From the NCBI GenBank assembly GCA_016839555.1, contig JAEOUA010000010.1, positions 192,001-256,000 on the forward strand: DNA of 64,000 bases, written 5' to 3'. The notes under the pieces are model-generated. The model saw only the letters and a program-made list of their open reading frames with translations. It made no database searches and was not told the origin of the DNA. Shown piece after piece: positions 1 to 9,830 of this stretch. This stretch comes from Promethearchaeota archaeon. GTDB taxonomy: Archaea > Asgardarchaeota > Lokiarchaeia > Sigyniarchaeales > SOKP01. The translations under genes and the position numbers were made by a program. How positions within the stretch are numbered: position 1 is the stretch's first letter; every line of letters starts with the position of its first letter.

Positions 1-1
1 A

Positions 2-334
2 TCTATCTCAGAGATGAAGAGAATCTTAAAAAAGGGGGGGTTATTAATTATAGGTTGCCCCTCATATGTTCAAATAGATAAAGAGATGAATTATTTCTTT
101 AAAAAATTTTTATCATTACTACTTAAAGCATATTACAGAATTGTAAAGAGAAATCCAACATATATTAATATTGATGGATGTACTGCTTGTCTCAGAGTTC
201 ATAACTTTCCAGGAGATTATTATAGATTTAGTAATCAAACCTTTAAAGAGGTATTTTTTAAAGGATTTAATAATGTTACTATTGAAACTATTATGCTGCC
301 ACCAAGAACAATTGCGTATGGGTATAAAATTTAA
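2..334 (+). CDS. C-terminal part of a class I SAM-dependent methyltransferase-like protein (5' truncated by window)
   Basis: Frame open from the window edge; EMKRILKKGGLLIIGCP and HNFPGDYYRF resemble type-11 methyltransferase C-termini. Confidence 0.6.
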   Translation, partial: SISEMKRILKKGGLLIIGCPSYVQIDKEMNYFFKKFLSLLLKAYYRIVKRNPTYINIDGCTACLRVHNFPGDYYRFSNQTFKEVFFKGFNNVTIETIMLPPRTIAYGYKI

Positions 335-479
335 AAGTTTTATATGAATATCAAATTGGAAAAAATTTTTTAGGATTTTTTAAATAAATATTCCATAAAG
401 ATCATATTCTGAAAGCTTTTAATTCTTTACTAAATTATTTAGAAAAATACTAGGATAAAAAAATTTAAAGGTTAACAAT

Positions 480-1793
480 TTGCGAATAAAATTAGAAAAA
501 ATTGATTCTTATTTTTTAATTATTTTAATACTTGGGAGTATCTTGAGATTAATTTTTGTATTAACAATACCATTAAATGTAGATTCTTACCCATTCATAA
601 GAGCGGCAATGGGGATCCTTGAATTAGATTATAATAAATATGGAACTTTTCGACCTCCAGGATTTCCTCTTCTAATTGTTCCATTCCTCATTTTGACTGG
701 AAATGGCAGCGCAGCAGCAAAATTGGCTTCCTTTACCTCTAGTATTCTCTTAATAATTTGTTGCTTTTATGTATTTAGAAACGCTTCTATGAGATTTTTT
801 AGTGAAAGTGAAAAAAAAAGAGAAAAAGCTACTTATATTGGCTTTTTAGTGAGTTTTTTAATCTCAATGAATATTTATTTTATAGTTCATCCCGGTTATG
901 GAATAAGAGAAGAATATTTAACACTATTGGGTATATTAGTTTTCTATTTCACCGTAATTAAAGAAGAAAGTACATTTAAATATAATATCTTTTTGGGACT
1001 TTCAATTTCATTGCTTACCCTCACGCTCTTAACCACAGGTCTGTTTTTCACGGTAGGAATTATCCTATTTGTCCTAATTTCAAGATTAAAATGGTTTAAA
1101 TTTAAACCTATGCCAATTAAAAAAGTATTAATAATTGTGATTGCTTTCTTTATCTCATTTATTTCTTGGGCTGTATTTAGTCACTATACTTGGGGAGATG
1201 CATTTTATAATTGGCAAGTTCAAAGTATTTTTTATGAAAATTTTTACAAAATGACTTTAGATTCAATTGATAATATAATTCAAGCTTTATTTAATGCTTT
1301 AACTGGTGGAATTCCTTATGAGTTTTATTATTTATTCTTTTTTATTAGTTTTTTCTTTATTATTATAGTGTTTTATATTATAATAAAAAATATTCGGATT
1401 AAACAGGTTCTTTTTATTTTTTTGGTGATTGGTCTTAATCTATTATATTTAAGTGTATTTATTGCTCCAAGTAAATTAATAAATATTCCGAATAGTTCAC
1501 GGGTTATGGTATATTTATTACCATTCTTCCTTTATTTAGGCGCTATTCCTTTAGGAAATATCTTAGTAGAATTGAAATATAGTAAGGAAAAATACTCAAA
1601 ATATATTATTTCTTTATTTATTATATTTTTAGTAACATATACTCTTAAAGGATTTCCATTTATATTTAAATTAGGATTTGGGGGTTTTCCTTTTCCAACT
1701 CATCCTTTATTCATAATTTTTTTATGCATTAACGAAATATCTATTTTTATTTTTCTTATAAAAACTAAAAATATAAAATATTCCTTGAACTGA
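480..1793 (+). CDS. Polytopic membrane protein, GT-C/PMT_2 (ArnT/GT39-like) glycosyltransferase
   Basis: About 12 hydrophobic segments; N-terminal D-S-Y and RPPGFPLLI loop; paralog of 2913-4295. Confidence 0.6.
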   Translation: MRIKLEKIDSYFLIILILGSILRLIFVLTIPLNVDSYPFIRAAMGILELDYNKYGTFRPPGFPLLIVPFLILTGNGSAAAKLASFTSSILLIICCFYVFRNASMRFFSESEKKREKATYIGFLVSFLISMNIYFIVHPGYGIREEYLTLLGILVFYFTVIKEESTFKYNIFLGLSISLLTLTLLTTGLFFTVGIILFVLISRLKWFKFKPMPIKKVLIIVIAFFISFISWAVFSHYTWGDAFYNWQVQSIFYENFYKMTLDSIDNIIQALFNALTGGIPYEFYYLFFFISFFFIIIVFYIIIKNIRIKQVLFIFLVIGLNLLYLSVFIAPSKLINIPNSSRVMVYLLPFFLYLGAIPLGNILVELKYSKEKYSKYIISLFIIFLVTYTLKGFPFIFKLGFGGFPFPTHPLFIIFLCINEISIFIFLIKTKNIKYSLN

Positions 1794-1858
1794 AAATCCC
1801 ATGAAAATATAATTCATTACAATGTCAAAAAACAATAAAAAAATCTAGGTAAAAAGAT

Positions 1859-2788
1859 TTGGCAGATGTTAATTATAATTTTCTTCTATCATTAATTATC
1901 ATTATAATTGGTTTTATTTTAAAATATTTTAACATCATTAAAGAGAAAAACGGAAAAATAATTGCAAAACTAGTATTCAACATCACATTACCAGCTATTA
2001 TTTTTCGAACTATTTATACGATTATTATTACTCCTCAATTGTTTTTATTAACTATTATACCCATTTTTTATGCATTTTTTATATTGGGAATCTCATATAT
2101 ACTTTTTCGTAAAAAAGACCAAAATATAAAAGGATTATTATTTATGTGTGTTTTAGGATTTAATGTTGTACATTTGGCTTTTCCCCTTGTCGAAGGCATC
2201 TGGGGAAAAGAAGGATTAAAATATATAGCTATGTTTGATATCGGAAATGGATTTGTAATATTCCTTCTAAGTTATTTGGTTGGATCTATATTTTCACCAA
2301 AAAATAATTTACTCCATCAAAAGCAATTAATGAAAAATAGTTTGAAAAAAGTTTTAACTTCCGGGCCGTTAATAGCTTATTTAATCGCTATACCGATAAA
2401 TATCTTTGGTATTATTATTCCTATCTTTATAATTGATATAATTGATAAATTTGCAGATGCAAATTCTGCTTTAACATTATTATTATTGGGGATATTTTTG
2501 AATTTTAAGTTTGAAAAAGATCAATGGAAAAAAATTCTTTCAGTTTTAGGAATTCGTTATTTTTTAGGTTTATCGGTGGGATTATTTCTTTTTTTAATCC
2601 TGCCTTTTAATTTATTATATCGTGGGATTTTAACTATTGCATTAATATTACCTATTGGATTGGCAGTGATTCCTTTCACTGTAGAATTCGAATATAATGA
2701 AAAACTTGCTGGCACAATGGCAAATATTTCGATAATTATTTCTTTTATATTAATGTGGCTATTAATCTTGATTCTTGGTTTTGGTTGA
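1859..2788 (+). CDS. AEC (auxin efflux carrier/malate permease) family transporter
   Basis: LVFNITLPAIIF, GFNVVHLAFPLVEGIWG motifs; about 10 TM segments. Confidence 0.85.
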   Translation: MADVNYNFLLSLIIIIIGFILKYFNIIKEKNGKIIAKLVFNITLPAIIFRTIYTIIITPQLFLLTIIPIFYAFFILGISYILFRKKDQNIKGLLFMCVLGFNVVHLAFPLVEGIWGKEGLKYIAMFDIGNGFVIFLLSYLVGSIFSPKNNLLHQKQLMKNSLKKVLTSGPLIAYLIAIPINIFGIIIPIFIIDIIDKFADANSALTLLLLGIFLNFKFEKDQWKKILSVLGIRYFLGLSVGLFLFLILPFNLLYRGILTIALILPIGLAVIPFTVEFEYNEKLAGTMANISIIISFILMWLLILILGFG

Positions 2789-2912
2789 ATTTTCAATAAA
2801 TTAATTATTAAATTCTAAGAATTAATATATTCAATAATAAGAGCTTAAAATAGAGATTGATTATTTGTATAAAATATTAATAGTTTTCTAAATTATTAGA
2901 CAAAACAATTAA

Positions 2913-4295
2913 ATGAATATAGCTGAGGTTTCGGAAAAAATTATGATAAAAAAGTGTAATAAATGTAAATATTATTTCCTAATAATTCTAAGCATAAACA
3001 TCATTGTTAAACTTTTATCTTTCTCATCTACTCCGCTATTTTTTGATTCCTACACATATTTAATTGCTGCACAAGATATTATTAATTTGAATTATGAATC
3101 TTATCGGGCACCATTTTTCCCACTCTTAATTGTTCCTTTTTTATTTTTAACTAAAAATCCCTCTCTCTCCATTAAATTAGTTTCATTTTTAACCAGTATA
3201 TTTTTAATTATAATTTCATATATTATCTTTTCTAAAGCAGCTATGAAAATATTTGATAGAAATAATGAAAATTATAAGCAGAAAGGAAAATGCGTTGGAT
3301 TACTTGTTTGTTTTTTGATTTCATTTAATCTATATTTTCTTTCCCATGATTTAAAAGGACTAAGAGAAAGCTTATTATCCATTTTAGTATTATCTATATT
3401 TTATTTTACGATTATCAAAGAAAATATGAAGTTACAAAACAATATTTTCCTAGCTTTATCTATTTCTTGGCTTACGCTCACGCTCTTGACCGCAGGAATT
3501 TTTATTACTATTGGAATACTCTTGTTTTATTTAATATCAAAATTCAAAAGGTTTAAATGGAAATCGATTGAAGGGAGAAAAATACTAATCATTACTTTAG
3601 CATTTATTCTACCTTTTTTCTTATGGACTTTTTTTAATTTGTGTAAGTCTCTCCCCCCTTTTTATAGTTTAAATGTTCAAAGCCTCTGGTTTAAATTCGA
3701 ATATGGTCTTGAAATCACTTCAATCAGTGGATTAATTGATGCTTCTATAAATGCTCTAATTTTTGGAGTGCCCTCTTTATTTATTTATCTTATAGTTTTA
3801 ATTGGTTTTCTTTTTATAGCGATAATGATTTATGTGTTAATTAAAAATTTTAGAAAAAGACAGTTTCTTTTTCTATTTTTCTTTATAGGGGTTAATTTAG
3901 CTTATTTAAGTTTTTTCATTACAACACCGAGAGTAATTATGTATTTTTTTCCTTTTTTCTTATATTTAGGTGCATTGTATTTAACCAATATAATCTTTAA
4001 TATTAAGAATGGACAAATTAAAAACAAAAAAACTATGGTTTACTTGTTAATGATTTTTCTAATAACCTATATACTTCGAGGAATAAATGGTCTATCGATA
4101 ATCTATTTGATTCTTCAATTTTATAATAATATCCCGCTAAATATTAATTTCTATAAAATTTTATTTCAATTTTCTGAGTCTTTTTCTTCTCTAGGAGCAA
4201 TCATTAGTATTGTTTTTTCAGTAATAAATGAAGTCGCACTTCTCATCTATGTTATTAAGAGTAGCTATTTGAATATCTCTTGTGAATTTTCTTGA
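2913..4295 (+). CDS. Polytopic membrane protein, GT-C/PMT_2-like glycosyltransferase (paralog of 480-1793)
   Basis: FDSYTY, YRAPFFPLLIVPFL and LTLTLLTAG match the first paralog. Confidence 0.6.
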   Translation: MNIAEVSEKIMIKKCNKCKYYFLIILSINIIVKLLSFSSTPLFFDSYTYLIAAQDIINLNYESYRAPFFPLLIVPFLFLTKNPSLSIKLVSFLTSIFLIIISYIIFSKAAMKIFDRNNENYKQKGKCVGLLVCFLISFNLYFLSHDLKGLRESLLSILVLSIFYFTIIKENMKLQNNIFLALSISWLTLTLLTAGIFITIGILLFYLISKFKRFKWKSIEGRKILIITLAFILPFFLWTFFNLCKSLPPFYSLNVQSLWFKFEYGLEITSISGLIDASINALIFGVPSLFIYLIVLIGFLFIAIMIYVLIKNFRKRQFLFLFFFIGVNLAYLSFFITTPRVIMYFFPFFLYLGALYLTNIIFNIKNGQIKNKKTMVYLLMIFLITYILRGINGLSIIYLILQFYNNIPLNINFYKILFQFSESFSSLGAIISIVFSVINEVALLIYVIKSSYLNISCEFS

Positions 4296-4517
4296 ATTAT
4301 TATCTTTTTGTAGTTATATTTTGGAGAATTCGTTTATAATATAATTATTTGAAAGATTTATGCAATTCTCTTTATTGTTAGTATTTTAAATAGTAGCGTA
4401 TTGAAAAATTAGTCCTAAATAATAAAAACTTCAAGAGAATTTGTAAAGAAATTATTTTCAATAAAAAAAAATAAGAAGTTATGAGAAAAAATTAATTCCT
4501 ATTTCTATTTTTGATTT

Positions 4518-5066
4518 TTAAATTAGTTTCGTGAATTTATAAAGAGAATCAACTTGTTCAGAGAACTTAAAAAGATTGTTTTCGGTTATTTTTTCTTGGA
4601 TTTGTGAACCTTCATAATGATGATCATCCACCCAAAATGAACCTTCGGCTTTTAGGATTCGGTAAAATTCTTTAAGATTCTCAGTATAATTTTCCAGATT
4701 ATGCAACACATCAATTAAAAGTATCACATCAATACTAGCTTCTTTAAGATTTGTATTACAATCTGTTTGAATAGTTTCGATATTTTTTAATTGATACTTT
4801 TCAGCTTGTTTTTTAACTTTTTCTGAGGAAAGGGGGTGAACATCTGCAGCATAGACTTTTCCATTCGACCCCGCTAATTTTGCAGCAGGTATTGTAAAGC
4901 TGCCCGAGCCGCACCCATAATCAAGAACATGATCTCCCTTTTTTATATCCGTTTTTTCAATTTTTTTCATAGGGTCTTTAAAGAAATCCCTCATTTTGAA
5001 AAAAAAGGACATACCTTTAAAATCCATATTGCTTTTACTATTTTCTCTAGTTTTTATTTTATTCAT
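4518..5066 (-). CDS. Class I SAM-dependent methyltransferase
   Basis: VLDYGCGSG motif I, KVYAAD, IDVILLIDVLH. Confidence 0.9.
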   Translation of the reverse strand: MNKIKTRENSKSNMDFKGMSFFFKMRDFFKDPMKKIEKTDIKKGDHVLDYGCGSGSFTIPAAKLAGSNGKVYAADVHPLSSEKVKKQAEKYQLKNIETIQTDCNTNLKEASIDVILLIDVLHNLENYTENLKEFYRILKAEGSFWVDDHHYEGSQIQEKITENNLFKFSEQVDSLYKFTKLI

Positions 5067-5068
5067 TT

Positions 5069-5311
5069 TTAATCACTTCCCGTATCAATATCAAAAGATT
5101 CAAAAAATTTTTTGGCAAATCCCTGTAATTTAGAAGCTTTCATTAAACCCATTCCTCTATCTAAATCGCCAAACACTAAAATTTTATCACCTGGATTTAT
5201 ATCAAATTTTTCTCTGGCATCCTTAGGAATCGTAATTTGACCCCTATCTCCTACTGTTGTGCTTCCAAAAAATAATCTTTCTCTATTTCTTTTTTTCATT
5301 TTTTTTTTCAC
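5069..5311 (-). CDS. AbrB/MazE/SpoVT family DNA-binding protein
   Basis: TTVGDRGQITIPKDAREKFDINPGD swapped-hairpin signature; alternative ATG start at 5299. Confidence 0.9.
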   Translation of the reverse strand: MKKKMKKRNRERLFFGSTTVGDRGQITIPKDAREKFDINPGDKILVFGDLDRGMGLMKASKLQGFAKKFFESFDIDTGSD

Positions 5312-5335
5312 TCAGAATCTTTAGATTTTGATTTT

Positions 5336-5380
5336 TCATATTTATCATATAGATCATATTTATCATATAGATCATATTTA
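5336..5380. repeat. Five tandem 9-bp repeats (TCATATTTA/TCATATAGA alternating), probable operator of the AbrB-family gene
   Basis: tcatattta-tcatataga-tcatattta-tcatataga-tcatattta, just downstream of a minus-strand TTTAAATA box (5387-5394). Confidence 0.75.
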
Positions 5381-5509
5381 TTTGAATATTTAAATTTTTC
5401 TATTTTAGTATTCAATTTTTCTATGCACTTTAAAGATAATAAATTGAAAAATTAAAAAAAGACCTTTTAAGTAATCCATAATAAAATTATTGAATAAAAA
5501 AACACTGAA

Positions 5510-6832
5510 TTGTTTATGAAAAAAAAAATAAAAATAGGTCTTGTATGTTTAGCAAGAAAAACCTTTGATTTCGGGGCCGCCCATGAGATATATAAAAAAA
5601 TTCAAAAAGATTTAAGGCAAATAGAGAATGTTGAATGGGAAATTATAGAGGATCTTATTACTGAAATTGAGAATGCAAAACAAGGTGCCCATTATTTTGA
5701 CTCACAACAGATTGACGCCCTTATATGTATAAGTGGGACATTTGCCTTAGGTCATTTAGTTTTAGAATTAAATAAAGTAAGACAAAAACCAATCTTATTA
5801 TGGGGATTAAAGGAACTTCCTTATAATGGTGGTAAAATCCGACTAAATTCTGTATGTGGAATAAATCTCAATGCCTCAAATCTCTATAAAGCAGGAGTTA
5901 AAAATTTTCACGTAGTAATTGGAGATAAAGTAGATAATGATTGGATTGATGCTATTAGAATTATAAAAGCTTTCTCCGAAGCTCATATCGGAATAATCGG
6001 CTCCAGAGCACATGGATTTTTTAATTTAGATGTTGATGAATTAAACCTCTATGAAAAATTAGGTGTTTTAATTGATTATTATCAATTAAGTGATGTATTC
6101 AATCAAAATATTGATTATTTTAATCTTAATCAACGAATAGAGCAAATTAAATCTCTTTTCAATGTTTCAGATTTAAATTCAAATCAAATAGAAAAAGTAG
6201 CTGAATTAATAATTAAATTTGAAACCTTCATGGAAAAAAACCAATTAACATCTATGGCAATAAGATGCTGGCCAGAATTTGCAGAAAAATTTGGAATATC
6301 TCCTTGTGCTTCTATGTCAATTTTACAATCTGAAGGGAAAATATTAACATGTGAGGGGGATATATTAGGGAGTTTATCAATGATCGCTCATCAGGCTATT
6401 GGAGGAGAAACCCCATATTTAGCGGATTTTTCCCAAGTGGATTTTGAGAATGATTTTGGTCTTTTATGGCATTGTGGAGTAGCACCCTGTAATTTATGGG
6501 ATGGTAAGTGCGAGAGAGCTCTCGATTCTTATTTTGCTGGAGGGAAGGGAGTGACTGCCGATTTTGTAATGAAATCTGGAAAACTTTCCATTTTACGTAT
6601 AGATTATGCCCCAGGAGAATATAGACTCTTCCTTCAAAAAGGTGAAGCTATTCCAATGGATAAACAATTGAAAGGGACCTACGCAAAAGTTAAATTCCCA
6701 GATCATATTTCCAAAGTTCTTAATAAGATTATACATAATGGTATTGCTCATCACCTTTCCGTAGTATATGGGGATTATATTCGCCCTCTCGAAATCTTTG
6801 CTAAAATTAAAAATTTTAAAGTAATAAACTAA
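5510..6832 (+). CDS. L-fucose/L-arabinose isomerase family protein
   Basis: AIRCWPE, CEGDI, LWHCG, GIAHH motifs. Confidence 0.85.
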   Translation: MFMKKKIKIGLVCLARKTFDFGAAHEIYKKIQKDLRQIENVEWEIIEDLITEIENAKQGAHYFDSQQIDALICISGTFALGHLVLELNKVRQKPILLWGLKELPYNGGKIRLNSVCGINLNASNLYKAGVKNFHVVIGDKVDNDWIDAIRIIKAFSEAHIGIIGSRAHGFFNLDVDELNLYEKLGVLIDYYQLSDVFNQNIDYFNLNQRIEQIKSLFNVSDLNSNQIEKVAELIIKFETFMEKNQLTSMAIRCWPEFAEKFGISPCASMSILQSEGKILTCEGDILGSLSMIAHQAIGGETPYLADFSQVDFENDFGLLWHCGVAPCNLWDGKCERALDSYFAGGKGVTADFVMKSGKLSILRIDYAPGEYRLFLQKGEAIPMDKQLKGTYAKVKFPDHISKVLNKIIHNGIAHHLSVVYGDYIRPLEIFAKIKNFKVIN

Positions 6833-6865
6833 TAAAGATCAAAATATCTAAAGGGCGATAAAATA

Positions 6866-8839
6866 ATGATTTTAGAAATAAGTAAAAATGGTTTTAAAAT
6901 ATTTTATAGAAATTATCTTTTTATCAATCATAATACTAAAAATCCAGCCTTCAAATTAGGAATTGGTAAAGGAAAGTATAGTATGCGTATGGGTGATTTC
7001 AAAATCAGAGAGAAATTAAAACAAAAAATTCCTTTATCAAATTTTAAAATAATCTCAAAAAATAAAAATCAAACATTAATCGAACTTAGTTCAAAAGAAT
7101 ATAAATTAAAAGTTAAAATAGTAGAAAAACAGGAAAACTTATGGTTTCATTTTACCACTCCAAATGAGAAGATAAATCGATTTTGGATCTCATTAGTTGC
7201 AGAAGAAAATGAAGCAATATTGGGGTGTGGAGAACAATATTCTGAATTAAATCTTAGGGGAAAAGAAGTTCCTTTATTCGTAGAAGAGCAAGGTGTTGGA
7301 AGAGGGGACCCTCCTTGTACAGGAGATTGGTATACTACATATTATCCTCAACCAACTTTTATCTCTTCAAATAATTATTATTGTCATGTGGATACTACAT
7401 ATTATTCAAAATTTGATTTCACTGATAAAAAAAAACACGAATTATATATTTGGGAAGTTCCCAATGCCATTATTCTTGGGAAATTTGATAATTTATTAGA
7501 TACAATTAGCAATCTGTCTAATTACCTTGGAAGGCAACCAAAATTAGTTGATTGGGCATATGATGGACTCTGGTTGGGTCTCCAAGGAGGAAAAGAGGTT
7601 ATAGAAAAAGCAATTAAAATATGTAAAGAGCATAAAATTAAGTTAAGTGCAGTTTGGTGTCAGGATTGGGAGGGCATTAATATGACATGTCAAGGAAAGC
7701 AATTATTTTGGAATTGGGAATATGATCACAAGTTATACCCAGATTTACCGAATTATATTGAGGAATTACAAAAAAAGAATATAAAATTCTTAGGCTATAT
7801 CAATCCTTATTTAAATAATTTAGGATCTTTACATAAAGAGGCCAAGAAAAAGGGATATCTTATTAAAAATTTTGAGGGCGAAATTCTTTATGATGATTCT
7901 ACACCTGAAAATTGTTTTGCTATTATAGACCTTACAAATCCAGAAGCTTTTGAATGGATTAAATATGTAATCATTAATAATATGATTAAGATTGGATTAG
8001 ACGGATATATGTGTGATTATGGGGAATATACTCCCCTAGATATTAACCTTCATTCTGGAATAGATCCTGAAGCATTTCATAATCAATACCCTGTTTTTTG
8101 GGCAAGAGTAAATTATGAAGCTTTAAAACAAACTAATTCACTTGATAAGGTGACCTTTTTTAATCGATCTGGATATACACATTCTTCAAAATATGTCCCA
8201 ATCATGTGGGCAGGTGATCAATTAGTTACATGGAGTATACATGATGGATTACCTTCTATTATTCCTGCTGGGCTCTCATTAGGTTTATGTGGCATTGGTT
8301 ATTTTCATTTTGATATTGGAGGATTTCATTCATTAATGGGGCAAAAACGGACTAAAGAAATTTTTCTTAGATGGACTGAATTAGCAGCATTTTCAATTAT
8401 AATGCGTTCTCATGAAGGAATTAAACCCTGGGATAATTGGCAATATAATTCTGATGAAGAGACACTAAAGCATTTAAGCAAAATGGTCAAAATTCATATA
8501 AAATTAAAATTATATTTCCAGTCCTGCTCTAATATCTATCAAAAAAAGGGATTACCGATAATGCGCCCTTGCTTTTTACATTATGATAACGATCCTATTC
8601 TTTATGACTTAAAATATCAATTTTTAATTGGAAGAGATTTACTGATTGCCCCAGTTATTAAACCAAACCAAAAAGAATGGAATATATATTTACCAGAAGA
8701 TGATTGGATACACCTCTGGACTAGTCAAAAATTTTCTAAAGGATGGATAACTATTAGTGCTCCGATTGGAAAACCTCCAGTATTTTATAGGGCAAAATCG
8801 AAATATAGAGAATTATTTAAGGATTTAAAAAAGATATAA
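6866..8839 (+). CDS. GH31 alpha-glycosidase, YihQ-like
   Basis: WLGLQGG, QDW, nucleophile YMCDYGE, acid/base WAGDQ, DIGG, MRSHEG. Confidence 0.9.
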   Translation: MILEISKNGFKIFYRNYLFINHNTKNPAFKLGIGKGKYSMRMGDFKIREKLKQKIPLSNFKIISKNKNQTLIELSSKEYKLKVKIVEKQENLWFHFTTPNEKINRFWISLVAEENEAILGCGEQYSELNLRGKEVPLFVEEQGVGRGDPPCTGDWYTTYYPQPTFISSNNYYCHVDTTYYSKFDFTDKKKHELYIWEVPNAIILGKFDNLLDTISNLSNYLGRQPKLVDWAYDGLWLGLQGGKEVIEKAIKICKEHKIKLSAVWCQDWEGINMTCQGKQLFWNWEYDHKLYPDLPNYIEELQKKNIKFLGYINPYLNNLGSLHKEAKKKGYLIKNFEGEILYDDSTPENCFAIIDLTNPEAFEWIKYVIINNMIKIGLDGYMCDYGEYTPLDINLHSGIDPEAFHNQYPVFWARVNYEALKQTNSLDKVTFFNRSGYTHSSKYVPIMWAGDQLVTWSIHDGLPSIIPAGLSLGLCGIGYFHFDIGGFHSLMGQKRTKEIFLRWTELAAFSIIMRSHEGIKPWDNWQYNSDEETLKHLSKMVKIHIKLKLYFQSCSNIYQKKGLPIMRPCFLHYDNDPILYDLKYQFLIGRDLLIAPVIKPNQKEWNIYLPEDDWIHLWTSQKFSKGWITISAPIGKPPVFYRAKSKYRELFKDLKKI

Positions 8840-8906
8840 TTAAAATTGAAAAATATTTTATAATTCAAAATTAATCTATTCTGAGATATCTTTTTATTAT
8901 CATTTA

Positions 8907-9563
8907 TCACGCATTATTCCTATAGATAAAGGTTAAGGAGAATAAAAAAAACCAAGAGTATATCACAAAAACCAGAATCCATTCAAATAAGGTTGCAAAG
9001 ACAGGAAAGTAAACATAAGCCATTAATAATAAGACCAAAAACGTTATAAAATATACAAAACCTGAAATTAGGAGGTAGCTTGGAATGCTTATTTTATATA
9101 TTAAATAGATTAATCTAATAAAAAAAGCAAAAAAAGGATATCCTATAAAAAGAAAGAAGGCAAATACATAGTGTAAATAAAAAGGATTTCTATCCAGACT
9201 AAAGATTCCTACTCCAACAAGTCCAATATTTCCGTTAAGTAGAAATGAAAAAGCTAAAATAGCTAATGCTCTATAGAAAATTTTATGTTTTATGTTTGTA
9301 AAATTTATTTCAAGTTTAAAGAGAAAAGATAAAAAAAAATTAAATATGAATGGAAACATAAGAATACCAGAAAAGATACATCCAAGATCAAATAGCAGCG
9401 GTAAGGGAGAATATAATTTTTGACCCAGATCACTCACTGCATTTAAAAATATAGTGAAATTCTTATCTCCGAATAATTTAGTAATTAAAAAACTAGTAAG
9501 ATATGAAATAATTAAAATAATAACGCTTAGAATTGTAATAATCTTTACATATTTAAAATCCAT
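8907..9563 (-). CDS. DUF998-like membrane protein
   Basis: AVSDLG, F.LG.I.SG, GVGIFS..LH, FEW motifs; about 6 TM segments. Confidence 0.7.
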   Translation of the reverse strand: MDFKYVKIITILSVIILIISYLTSFLITKLFGDKNFTIFLNAVSDLGQKLYSPLPLLFDLGCIFSGILMFPFIFNFFLSFLFKLEINFTNIKHKIFYRALAILAFSFLLNGNIGLVGVGIFSLDRNPFYLHYVFAFFLFIGYPFFAFFIRLIYLIYKISIPSYLLISGFVYFITFLVLLLMAYVYFPVFATLFEWILVFVIYSWFFLFSLTFIYRNNA

Positions 9564-9830
9564 CTTCTTTATTAATAAAATTTAAAATTGTTATATAAAA
9601 GGAAATGAAATATAGAGACCATGAGCATTTATTAAAGATAAAAATTATTAACCTCTATAAAGATTTTTTCATTTCAATTAATTTTTTTAATTTAACTAAT
9701 AAAAGGTCCATCTTTTAATAAAAAGTTAGTTAATATAACATTTATATAAGTAATTAATTCTACCTTTGTAAAGTTTTCCTAATTAAAAAAAATATAAAAA
9801 ATAATTAATTTATATATAAAATAAAACAAA

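Noticed and set aside
5336-5380. CRISPR array
   Set aside because: 9-bp contiguous units with no spacers and no cas genes.
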